Shown piece after piece: positions 19,519 to 26,881 of a DNA stretch of 64,000 nt. Within the stretch, counting starts at the first letter, position 1. Every line of letters begins with the position of its first letter. Below the pieces are notes generated by a model. That model saw only the letters and a list, made by a program, of their open reading frames with translations, was not told the DNA's origin and searched no databases. Origin of the DNA: Deltaproteobacteria bacterium (GTDB lineage Bacteria > Lernaellota > Lernaellaia > JACKCT01); NCBI GenBank assembly GCA_020633895.1, contig JACKCT010000005.1, positions 155,789 to 219,788 on the forward strand, given 5' to 3'. A program made the translations under genes and the position numbers.

Positions 19519-19938
19519 ATGAAACTGATTTCGCGAGAATTCGGATGGATCCCGGCGGTCCTGATTCTGTTGTTCACGGCAATGACCGTGAGCGCTGTTT
19601 CCTGCGGTGACGACGACGATGACGACGAGACCGGCGCGGATGACGACATCGTGGATGATGACACGTCCGATGACGACAGCGGGGACGACGACGACACCGA
19701 AGGAGGATGTGCCTCCAACGACGACTGCGACGTCTTCGAGTACTGCGCGAAGGACGTCACGCTGTGCGACGAAGGCACGGGCGTCTGCATGGAGACGCCG
19801 GCCGCGTGCGACACTGACTACACGCCCGTTTGCGGCTGCGACGGCATCACGTATTCCAACGAATGCGTCGCGGCGTCGAATCGGGTGAATGTGTCCTACC
19901 GTGGGGAGTGCGGTTCCACAATAACTTCGGATAGTTAG
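19519..19938 (+). CDS. Lipoprotein: Asp-rich tether, Cys-rich module and Kazal-type domain (paralog)
   Basis: 'VSAVSC' lipobox, then 'GDDDDDDETGADDDIVDDDTSDDDSGDDDD'. Kazal signature 'YTPVCGCDGITYSNECVAASNRVNVSYRGEC'. Confidence 0.8.
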   Translation: MKLISREFGWIPAVLILLFTAMTVSAVSCGDDDDDDETGADDDIVDDDTSDDDSGDDDDTEGGCASNDDCDVFEYCAKDVTLCDEGTGVCMETPAACDTDYTPVCGCDGITYSNECVAASNRVNVSYRGECGSTITSDS

Positions 19939-19998
19939 ACGATCTTCAGCGCGCGCCGGGGCGACGCTCCGGGCGTGGAAAAGGCCAAGTCTTCGGCG

Positions 19999-20033
19999 AA
20001 ACGGTGCCCCTTGTGGGCATCGTTTTTGTTTAA
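19999..20033 (+). terminator. Rho-independent terminator after the Kazal genes
   Basis: aaacggtgcccc-ttgt-gggcatcgttt followed by ttttgttt. Confidence 0.6.
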
Positions 20034-20588
20034 TTCCTTACCGATTCTCCCCGGTTTTTTCGACGTTCAAAAATTTTTCGGACCGGTGTGACGAGTGAAC
20101 ACGGTTTCGGGCCCTCCCGGTGCTATTCCTCTTCTTGTGAAAGGCGGACGGCGCGATCGCAAATCGCAAAAACCGGCCGCCGGCCCAAGGACGGGCGCAC
20201 AAATCAACCGCACAGCATTGCATCCTGATCGAGGGAAACCCCTGCGTAGCGGGGAGGGATGACGCTTCACCATGGGTCCGAGGATTTTGCGGACCGCCGG
20301 TCGACAGGAAGTCGCCGGACACCGAAGGACGGACGGAACCGGACATGATCCATCGAGGAATTAGTTGGGGTGACTGATCTCGTTAAAGCCGTGGGGACGG
20401 CTTGGATTCGGCGCCTTGCCACCGGCTCGGAAGTTGACGGCCGGGTCGGTGGCGAGGCCCGAGCGACTCTCGAGGCCCGCTGACAATCCGACGCTGGAGC
20501 CGGCCATGGAGGGCCGGGCTCGCGTCTTTCGCCAAGGCTCCTAGGCGCCCTACGCAATAGGGCGTAGTCCACACATTCCCCCACCGTG

Positions 20589-20628
20589 AGAAGCGGCGCC
20601 TCCCACACCGGGGCGTCGCTTCTTTTTT
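20589..20628 (+). terminator. Rho-independent terminator with no recognisable upstream gene
   Basis: agaagcggcgcc / ggcgtcgcttct form a 12-bp stem with one G-U pair, followed by TTTTTT (20623..20628). The T-tract is on the plus strand only. Confidence 0.45.
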
Positions 20629-20681
20629 GCGGGCTCAGCTTGTCGTGTTCAACTTTCCGGGTTCAGCGTGACGCGGGCAAT

Positions 20682-21818
20682 TTATCGGCAGTCGTAGAGA
20701 TATTCGGTGCAGACGTCGACGGTGTCGTCGCAGCCGTAGTCCGTGTTGTAGATGGACCAGCGGCCCTGCTCGTCCAGCACGACGGTGTCGCAAGTGTCGG
20801 CTTTGCCGTCGCACGTGTCGTCGACGGTGTGGGCGACGAGCGCGCCGGTTTCGTTGAAGGTCCACCCGTTGCAGGCGGCGTCGTCGGTGCCGTCACAGTC
20901 GGTGTCCAAGGCGGTGACGGTCGTCTGCCCGCCGGCGTTATATTCCCAGCGCATGCATTGCGAGTCGCCGGTTTCGTCGCAGTCCGCGTCCTCGCCGCGA
21001 AATTCCGTTTGGCCGTTTTCGTTGAAGTATTCGATCGTGCAGCCTTCCAGCACGTCGTCGCAGCCGTCGTCGACCCGGATATGGCGCGATGAGTCGGGCT
21101 CGTCGGGAAAGGCGTAGTCGGTGCAAAATTCCGCTTCGCCGTCGCAGCCCGTGTCCTCGTTCCGATCGGTCAGGCGGCCGCTTTCGTCATAGGTCTGCGT
21201 GATGCACAGGTCCGGTTCGCCGTCGCAGGTTTCGTCGCGCGCCGTCCGCTCCAGGCGCCCTTCGTCGTCGTAGAAATATTCGGCGCAGTTCTCGTCCGCC
21301 TCGCCGTTGCAATCGCTGTCGAAGAACGTCGCCTCCAATCGGCCGGCCTCGTCGACGACAAAGGTGTCGCACTGGTCGGCCGCGCCGTCGCAGTCGGCGT
21401 CCGCGCCGGAAGTGACCAGATAGCCGCGCGAGTCATAGGTGTTGGCCCGGCAGTCCATGCCCTCGCGATCGCAGCCTTCGTCGTCCCACGTCGTGAGGTT
21501 TTGGCCGTTGGCGTTGTAGGTGGAATAGGTGCAGTGGTCCGGCGTGCCGTCGCAGTCTTCGTCGCGCTCGACGGTGGTCGGCAGGCACACCGGCTCCTCG
21601 TCGTCATCGCCCCCGGCGGTGTCGTCGTCGTCCGAATCGTCGTCGGAGGCGTCGTCATCGTCGTCCACGGTGGGCACCGCGTCGTCATCGTCGTCGTCGT
21701 CCGTGGCGGCTACCGAGCCGCGCGGCGTGGACGCATCCTCGTCGCCCCCGCATCCCGCCAGGGAGAACAGGAGCAACAGCAAGGCCGTCAGGGCGGCGGC
21801 GATCCAACGAAAACTCAC
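20682..21818 (-). CDS. Cys-clamped YD-like repeat lipoprotein, paralog A
   Basis: ORF 20682..21893. GTG 21818 gives (M)SFRWIAAALTALLLLLFSLAGC, a lipobox. The Asp-rich linker is followed by 11 repeats of the D.DCDG..D.C....YD..GR type. C-terminus is 'TEYLYDCR'. Confidence 0.85.
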   Translation of the reverse strand: MSFRWIAAALTALLLLLFSLAGCGGDEDASTPRGSVAATDDDDDDDAVPTVDDDDDASDDDSDDDDTAGGDDDEEPVCLPTTVERDEDCDGTPDHCTYSTYNANGQNLTTWDDEGCDREGMDCRANTYDSRGYLVTSGADADCDGAADQCDTFVVDEAGRLEATFFDSDCNGEADENCAEYFYDDEGRLERTARDETCDGEPDLCITQTYDESGRLTDRNEDTGCDGEAEFCTDYAFPDEPDSSRHIRVDDGCDDVLEGCTIEYFNENGQTEFRGEDADCDETGDSQCMRWEYNAGGQTTVTALDTDCDGTDDAACNGWTFNETGALVAHTVDDTCDGKADTCDTVVLDEQGRWSIYNTDYGCDDTVDVCTEYLYDCR

Positions 21819-21859
21819 CGATACCCGATCCTTCCCGCCCGGCGACGCCTTACACGTGC

Positions 21860-22990
21860 CTAGGCATCGCACTGGAACCCGTACGACTCGCATTCGTCGG
21901 CGACGCCGTCGCAGGTTTCGTCATAGTTCCACTCGACCGTATATCCGTATTCGTTTCCGACACCGCTGTAACACGATTCGGGCGTCCCGTCGCAAAATCT
22001 GTCGTACCTCTGGCCGATCAACGCGCCGTTTTCGTCGTAATCGTACGCGAAACAATATTCGTTCAGGCTGCCGTCGCAACCCGTATCCTGGCCCTCCGTC
22101 AAAACACGGCCTTGAGCGTCATACGTGGTGCGCGCACAGGTGAGGTCCGGGACTTTGTCGCAATTGTCGTCAACGCCATAGAGAGTTTGCCGACCGTCGT
22201 TGTCGAACTCGAGGACGTAGCAGGACAAATCCTCGCCGTCGCATCCGATGTCGTTACTCGTCGTTTCCCGATAGCCGCCGCCCTCCAGGTCAGTGTAGAC
22301 GTTGACGATGCACTGGTCCGGCGTTTCGTCACAGCCGGTGTCGACCGTGTTGGTCAACTCGCGGTCCTTGGCGTCGTAGGTCGACGTTCCGCAGGTTTCC
22401 GGCTTGCCGTTGCAATCGCCGTCGAATCTGATGCCGATGCGACGGCCTTTGCCGTCGTTTTCAAAGAGAACGCACTTGGAGTCGGCGAAGCCGTTGCAGT
22501 CGGTGTCGGAGAACTGCTCGATCAAGCGTCCGTCCTCAAACACCGAGCGCAAGCAGTCTTTGTCGGCGACACCGTCGCAGTCGGTGTCATCCCCATATAG
22601 GGTCTCGTTGCCGTTGCCGTCGTACTTTTGCAGGAAACAGCTTTCCGGCGATCCGTCGCAGTTCGCGTCATCCGCGCTGCGCGTCTGTTGGCCGTCGTCG
22701 TTGTATTCGTACGTGCGGCAGGTGTCCGGAAGGCCATCGCAGCCGTTGTCCACGGTCTTCGTCGTCCGGAGGCATTCCACCGCGTCGTCATCGTCGCCGG
22801 TGTCGTCGTCGCCCGAGTCGTCATCGACGGCGGAATCGTCGTCATCGGTCGCGTCATCGTCGACCGCGTCGTCATCCGCCGCGTCGTCGTCATCTCCGCC
22901 CCCGCCGCCGCCCCCGCCGCAGGATAGCGCCACGCCGGCCAGGGTCAGAGCCACCGCCAAAATCCACCACTGAGTGCGTTGCAGAGCCAT
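21860..22990 (-). CDS. Cys-clamped YD-like repeat lipoprotein, paralog B
   Basis: ATG 22990 gives MALQRTQWWILAVALTLAGVALSC. This is followed by a GGGGGGG-DDDD... linker and 11 repeats (for example 'DDTDCDGVADKDCLRSVFEDGRL'). It ends 'ESYGFQCDA'. Confidence 0.85.
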   Translation of the reverse strand: MALQRTQWWILAVALTLAGVALSCGGGGGGGGDDDDAADDDAVDDDATDDDDSAVDDDSGDDDTGDDDDAVECLRTTKTVDNGCDGLPDTCRTYEYNDDGQQTRSADDANCDGSPESCFLQKYDGNGNETLYGDDTDCDGVADKDCLRSVFEDGRLIEQFSDTDCNGFADSKCVLFENDGKGRRIGIRFDGDCNGKPETCGTSTYDAKDRELTNTVDTGCDETPDQCIVNVYTDLEGGGYRETTSNDIGCDGEDLSCYVLEFDNDGRQTLYGVDDNCDKVPDLTCARTTYDAQGRVLTEGQDTGCDGSLNEYCFAYDYDENGALIGQRYDRFCDGTPESCYSGVGNEYGYTVEWNYDETCDGVADECESYGFQCDA

Positions 22991-23075
22991 GGTCGAAACC
23001 CGCCTATGAAGCCGATGTCCCCGTATTTTATTTCCCGGGTGACGGCTTTGGGGAGGCGGTCCATCGGCCAGACGT

Positions 23076-23110
23076 AAAAAAAGACGGCGCCCCGTCAAAG
23101 GAGCGCCGTC
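23076..23110 (-). terminator. Rho-independent terminator after paralog C
   Basis: On the minus strand: gacggcgc-tcctttgacggg-gcgccgtc followed by ttttttt. Confidence 0.6.
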
Positions 23111-23159
23111 GTGTTCGATCGTGAAATGTCGTCGCTTTGGCCGAGGGCGGGTCGGCGCC

Positions 23160-24254
23160 TTAGAAGCAGGCCATGTCCCAGTCGGTGCAGCTCTCCGGGT
23201 CGCCGTCGCAGCCTTCGTCCTGCGTGACGACGTCCAGTCGCCCGTTTTCATCAACGGTCGCCGAAGTGCAGGAATCCGGCGTGCCGTCGCACTCATCGTC
23301 CCGCTGGCTGGAAATCGTCACGCCGAATTCGTTGACGACCCATTCGTAGCAATCCCGATCCGCTTCGCCGTCGCAGTCTTGATCCAGAAAGGAGCTTTCC
23401 AGGCCGTGCTCGCCGTACGTCCAGTGATAGCATCCCTCGTCGGCCTCGCCGTCGCAGTCCGCGTCGAAGCCTTGGAACAGGGTTCGCATCTCGTCGTCCA
23501 AAAGACTCACGTCACAATCCTCGAACGGCTCGCCTTCGCAGCCCAGGTCGGGTTTGTAGAGTTGATGCGTGTTGCCGTCCTCGTCGAGCGTGTAGGTCGT
23601 GTAATGGCATTCATCCGGTGTCTCGTCGCAGTCGTAGTCCACGTAGCGCTCGATTTGGCGCCCCCGGCTATCGTACACGGTGGCGTAGCACGTGTCGGGT
23701 GAGTCGTCGCATTCGGTGTCGAGGGCTCGGGTCGCCTCCAGGCCGGCGGCGTTGTACGTGATATTGGAACAGGCTTCGTCGGCCTCGCCGTCGCAATCCG
23801 GGTCCGAGCCGCTGAACACGACCAGGTCGCCCTCATATTTGTAAATGTAGCAGGATTGATCCGGCGTCCCGTCGCATTCGTTGTCCCGACCTTCGCCGAC
23901 GCGGCGGCCCTCGTCGTCATATTGAACCACGTAGCAGGATTCCGGCGATCCGTCGCACAGTTCGTCCGTCTCCCGATACAGCAGGTTGCCGTCCTCGTCG
24001 AAATGCGAGCGATCGCAGTAGCTCGGATCGTCGCCGCATTCGGGATAGATCGTGATCGATTCCGGCTGGCAGACCTGGTCGTCGTCGGCGGTGTCGTCAT
24101 CCGTCGTGTCGTCGTCATCGTCCGTATCGTCGTCGGTCACATCGTCATCGGACGAGTCGTCGTCGTCTCCGCCATTGTCGCAGGCTGTGGGAAGAACGAT
24201 CAGCGCCGAGGCGATGAGCAAAACGATCGTCAGCCAAAGGCCATATCGCGCCAT
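23160..24254 (-). CDS. Cys-clamped YD-like repeat lipoprotein, paralog C
   Basis: ATG 24254 gives MARYGLWLTIVLLIASALIVLPTAC. The Asp-rich linker is followed by about 11 repeats (for example 'DNECDGTPDQSCYIYKYEGD', 'DYDCDETPDECHYTTY'). It ends 'TDWDMACF'. Confidence 0.85.
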   Translation of the reverse strand: MARYGLWLTIVLLIASALIVLPTACDNGGDDDDSSDDDVTDDDTDDDDDTTDDDTADDDQVCQPESITIYPECGDDPSYCDRSHFDEDGNLLYRETDELCDGSPESCYVVQYDDEGRRVGEGRDNECDGTPDQSCYIYKYEGDLVVFSGSDPDCDGEADEACSNITYNAAGLEATRALDTECDDSPDTCYATVYDSRGRQIERYVDYDCDETPDECHYTTYTLDEDGNTHQLYKPDLGCEGEPFEDCDVSLLDDEMRTLFQGFDADCDGEADEGCYHWTYGEHGLESSFLDQDCDGEADRDCYEWVVNEFGVTISSQRDDECDGTPDSCTSATVDENGRLDVVTQDEGCDGDPESCTDWDMACF

Positions 24255-24288
24255 GAGGACACCCTCCCAAAAATCCAGTTGACGATTT

Positions 24289-25341
24289 CTAATAGCACTC
24301 GGTTTCGTATTCCAGACACACGTCGGTCGATCCGTCGCAGCCGCTGTCGACGAAATACGTTTCCCACAGCCCGTTCTCGTCAATCTCTCCGCCGGCTTCG
24401 CAGTATTCAGGCTCGCCGTCGCAGTTTTGGTCCGTCGTTACCGTCGCGACTAATCCAAAGTCGTTGTAGGTAATGGTCCGGCAATCCGTGAACGAACCGT
24501 CGCAGCCGTCGTCGGATTTGGAGAAGGTCGGCTGTCCGTCGGCCGAATACTTTTCTTCGTAGCAATACTCGCCGTTTTCGTCGCAGCCTTCGTCGAACTT
24601 GGACGCCAAGTCGTAGCTGCCGTCCGGGTGATCGGTGTAGGTGATTTTGCCGCAGTCGAACGGCCCGGCCAGATCGCATCCTTCGTCGACGAGGACCGCC
24701 GTCTGGCGTCCTTTTTCGTCATAGGTGTATTTCGTGCATACGTCGGGCACGTCATCGCACGCCTCGTCCGTTTCCTCGTTCGTCAGGCGGCCGTCCTCGT
24801 CGTAGATCCGCGCCCGGCAGTTGGTCTTCACCGAGTCGGTGCAGTCGTCGTCGAAATAGGTTTTGTAGGTTCGGGTCGACTCGAAGTATTGGCCGCGAAA
24901 GCACGAGTCGCCCTTGGGACCGTCGCAGCCTTCGTCGGAGCGGTCGAGGAGAATCCGGCCTTCGTCGTCGTTTTCGGAGGTGCTGCAATAATCCCGCTTG
25001 CCGTCGCAATCCGTGTCGATGTCGAAGGCGGTTTCGTTGCCGTTCTCGTCGTAGGTGAAGAAAATGCAGTTATCGCCGTCGCCGGGCCCGTCGCACATCA
25101 GATCGAAGGTCCGTTCGGTAACTCGGCAGACCTCATCCTCGTCCGTGTCGTCATCCGCGTCGTCGTCTGTCGTGTCGTCGTCAACGGAGTCGTCATCGCC
25201 GGTGTCGTTGTCATCATCGGCGACGTCGTCATCCGCGGAGTCGTCATCGTCACCACCGCCGCCGCCGCAGGCCAACGGCACGGCGACAAACAAGACGACG
25301 ACGAAAAACATCAGGCAGGCCATTTGCGGAGTACGATTCAT
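24289..25341 (-). CDS. Cys-clamped YD-like repeat lipoprotein, paralog D
   Basis: MNRTPQMACLMFFVVVLFVAVPLAC lipobox, then 'GGGGGDDDDSADDDVADDDNDTGDDDSVDDDTTDDDADDDTDEDE'. Repeats follow (for example 'DTDCDGKRDYCSTSENDDEGRI'). It ends 'LEYETECY'. Confidence 0.85.
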   Translation of the reverse strand: MNRTPQMACLMFFVVVLFVAVPLACGGGGGDDDDSADDDVADDDNDTGDDDSVDDDTTDDDADDDTDEDEVCRVTERTFDLMCDGPGDGDNCIFFTYDENGNETAFDIDTDCDGKRDYCSTSENDDEGRILLDRSDEGCDGPKGDSCFRGQYFESTRTYKTYFDDDCTDSVKTNCRARIYDEDGRLTNEETDEACDDVPDVCTKYTYDEKGRQTAVLVDEGCDLAGPFDCGKITYTDHPDGSYDLASKFDEGCDENGEYCYEEKYSADGQPTFSKSDDGCDGSFTDCRTITYNDFGLVATVTTDQNCDGEPEYCEAGGEIDENGLWETYFVDSGCDGSTDVCLEYETECY

Positions 25342-25378
25342 CGGAGCGCCTTTCGCCGAAGTTCAGCAACCGTGGTCA

Positions 25379-26443
25379 TCAGACGCACGCATAATCGAAA
25401 TCGATACAGGAATTGATCGTTCCGTTGCAATCCTCGTCGATAATGTACAGGTCGACATTGCCTTCGTCATCGGACGAACCCACCCGTTCGCAATATTCAT
25501 CTTCGCCGTCGCATTCTTCGTCATGCTTGAAATCGATGACCTGTCCGGCGGCGTTGTATTCCCAGGTTTCGCACTCGGCAAACGTTCCGTCGCAGTCGTC
25601 GTCGCGTCTAGCCGCGATGCGTCGATTGTCCGCGTTGTAGGTCGTCTCGTTGCAGAATTCCTTGACGTCGTCGCATCCATTGTCCTGCGTTAGAAGAATG
25701 ACGAGCCCGTCGTCCGTTTCGGTGCGTTGGTATGTCAGGCAAACGTCCGCGCCGCCGTCGCAGCCGTTGTCCGTCTCGCGTGAAGCGAGATTGCCGTCGG
25801 CATCGTACCCATAGGCCAGGCACAATTCGCCTTTGCCGTCGCATTCCTTGTCCAGTTCGAAGGACGTGCTGTTGCCGTCGGCATTGTATTTGACCGTGGT
25901 GCAGTCGACCGGATCGGTGTTGTCGCAGTCTTCGTCGGTCAAAGCGGACAGTGTCTTGCCGTCTTCACTATAAGTATTCCGAATGCACACATCTCCCGAC
26001 GGGCCGTCGCAGTCGACGTCCGTGCGGATCAGGGCGATGCGTCCTTGTTCGTCGTACGTGGTCGTTCGACAGGCCTCCGATTTATCGTCGCACTCAAGGT
26101 CGTCTTCCATATAGGTGGCCTGATGATCGGCGTTGTATTGCCACGATTGGCAAAGATCTCCATCGCCGGGGCCGTTGCACATATTGTCGTAGTTCTTTTT
26201 CCGCATTTCGCAGACGACTTTCTCCTCCGTATCGTCGTCGCTGTCGTCGTCGTCCGAATCGTCATCCTCCGAGTCGTCATCCGTGGACGAATCGTCATCG
26301 GTTTCATCGTCGTCGTCGTCGGAGTCGTCGTCGGTGTCGGCCGCGTCATCGTCGTCGCTTCCGCAGCCACAGGCCGTCGGCGCAAACAAAGACATGAAAA
26401 CGAGCACGAAGAAAACAATGAGTTTCAGTTGGCGGCTTGGCAT
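25379..26443 (-). CDS. Cys-clamped YD-like repeat lipoprotein, paralog E
   Basis: MPSRQLKLIVFFVLVFMSLFAPTAC lipobox and an Asp-rich linker. Repeats follow (for example 'DVDCDGPSGDVCIRNTYSEDGKT', 'DDDCDGTFAECETWEYNAAGQV'). It ends 'IDFDYACV'. Confidence 0.85.
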   Translation of the reverse strand: MPSRQLKLIVFFVLVFMSLFAPTACGCGSDDDDAADTDDDSDDDDDETDDDSSTDDDSEDDDSDDDDSDDDTEEKVVCEMRKKNYDNMCNGPGDGDLCQSWQYNADHQATYMEDDLECDDKSEACRTTTYDEQGRIALIRTDVDCDGPSGDVCIRNTYSEDGKTLSALTDEDCDNTDPVDCTTVKYNADGNSTSFELDKECDGKGELCLAYGYDADGNLASRETDNGCDGGADVCLTYQRTETDDGLVILLTQDNGCDDVKEFCNETTYNADNRRIAARRDDDCDGTFAECETWEYNAAGQVIDFKHDEECDGEDEYCERVGSSDDEGNVDLYIIDEDCNGTINSCIDFDYACV

Positions 26444-26881
26444 GGCGTGGTCCTCCGTTCAGGGGTCGGACGCGCCGTCAAAAACCAGCGGATTTTCATG
26501 GATGGCAACGCTTTGTGGAGCCGCTGCCAAAACGAACGGCCGTGACGTCGATTCAGTCGCCGCCACGCAAGAAATACGCATTCCGTCGTGTGAAACCGCA
26601 GCATACCCCTTCCCGAGGCGTCCTAGGTAGAAAAAAAGCCGTCCGAGCGGGTTTTCCCCGGACATCCCCGGCGGTCCGGGAGGCAAACTCTGAAGTTATG
26701 ATGCAGCGCATCTTGAAATTTTATCCCCACCTCGATAGAAGGTAATGCCGCGCTGTGTCGTGCCGCATTCCCATGAGCTGAGAGTACCGACGCCGGGACG
26801 GAAAACCCCGGGATCTTGACCGGCGCGCCGAGTCGATTTTCGTTTTGCCCAAGGTCGCAAAGACAAGGAGATCCTGAAACC

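Noticed and set aside
19939-20681. tmRNA, RNase P RNA, SRP RNA or 6S RNA in the ORF-free gap
   Set aside because: A 'ggggtgactga' stretch near 20365 superficially resembles a tmRNA 5' end. However, there is no TTCGAC, no T-arm (GGTTCGAnTCC) and no CCA end, and the would-be tag frame does not end in the usual LAA-type residues. The RNase P hallmarks (GGAAAGTCCGG, ACAGAAnCCGGCTTA) are absent on both strands, and so is the SRP GGAA-loop motif. The gap is kept only as an unclassified ncRNA candidate.
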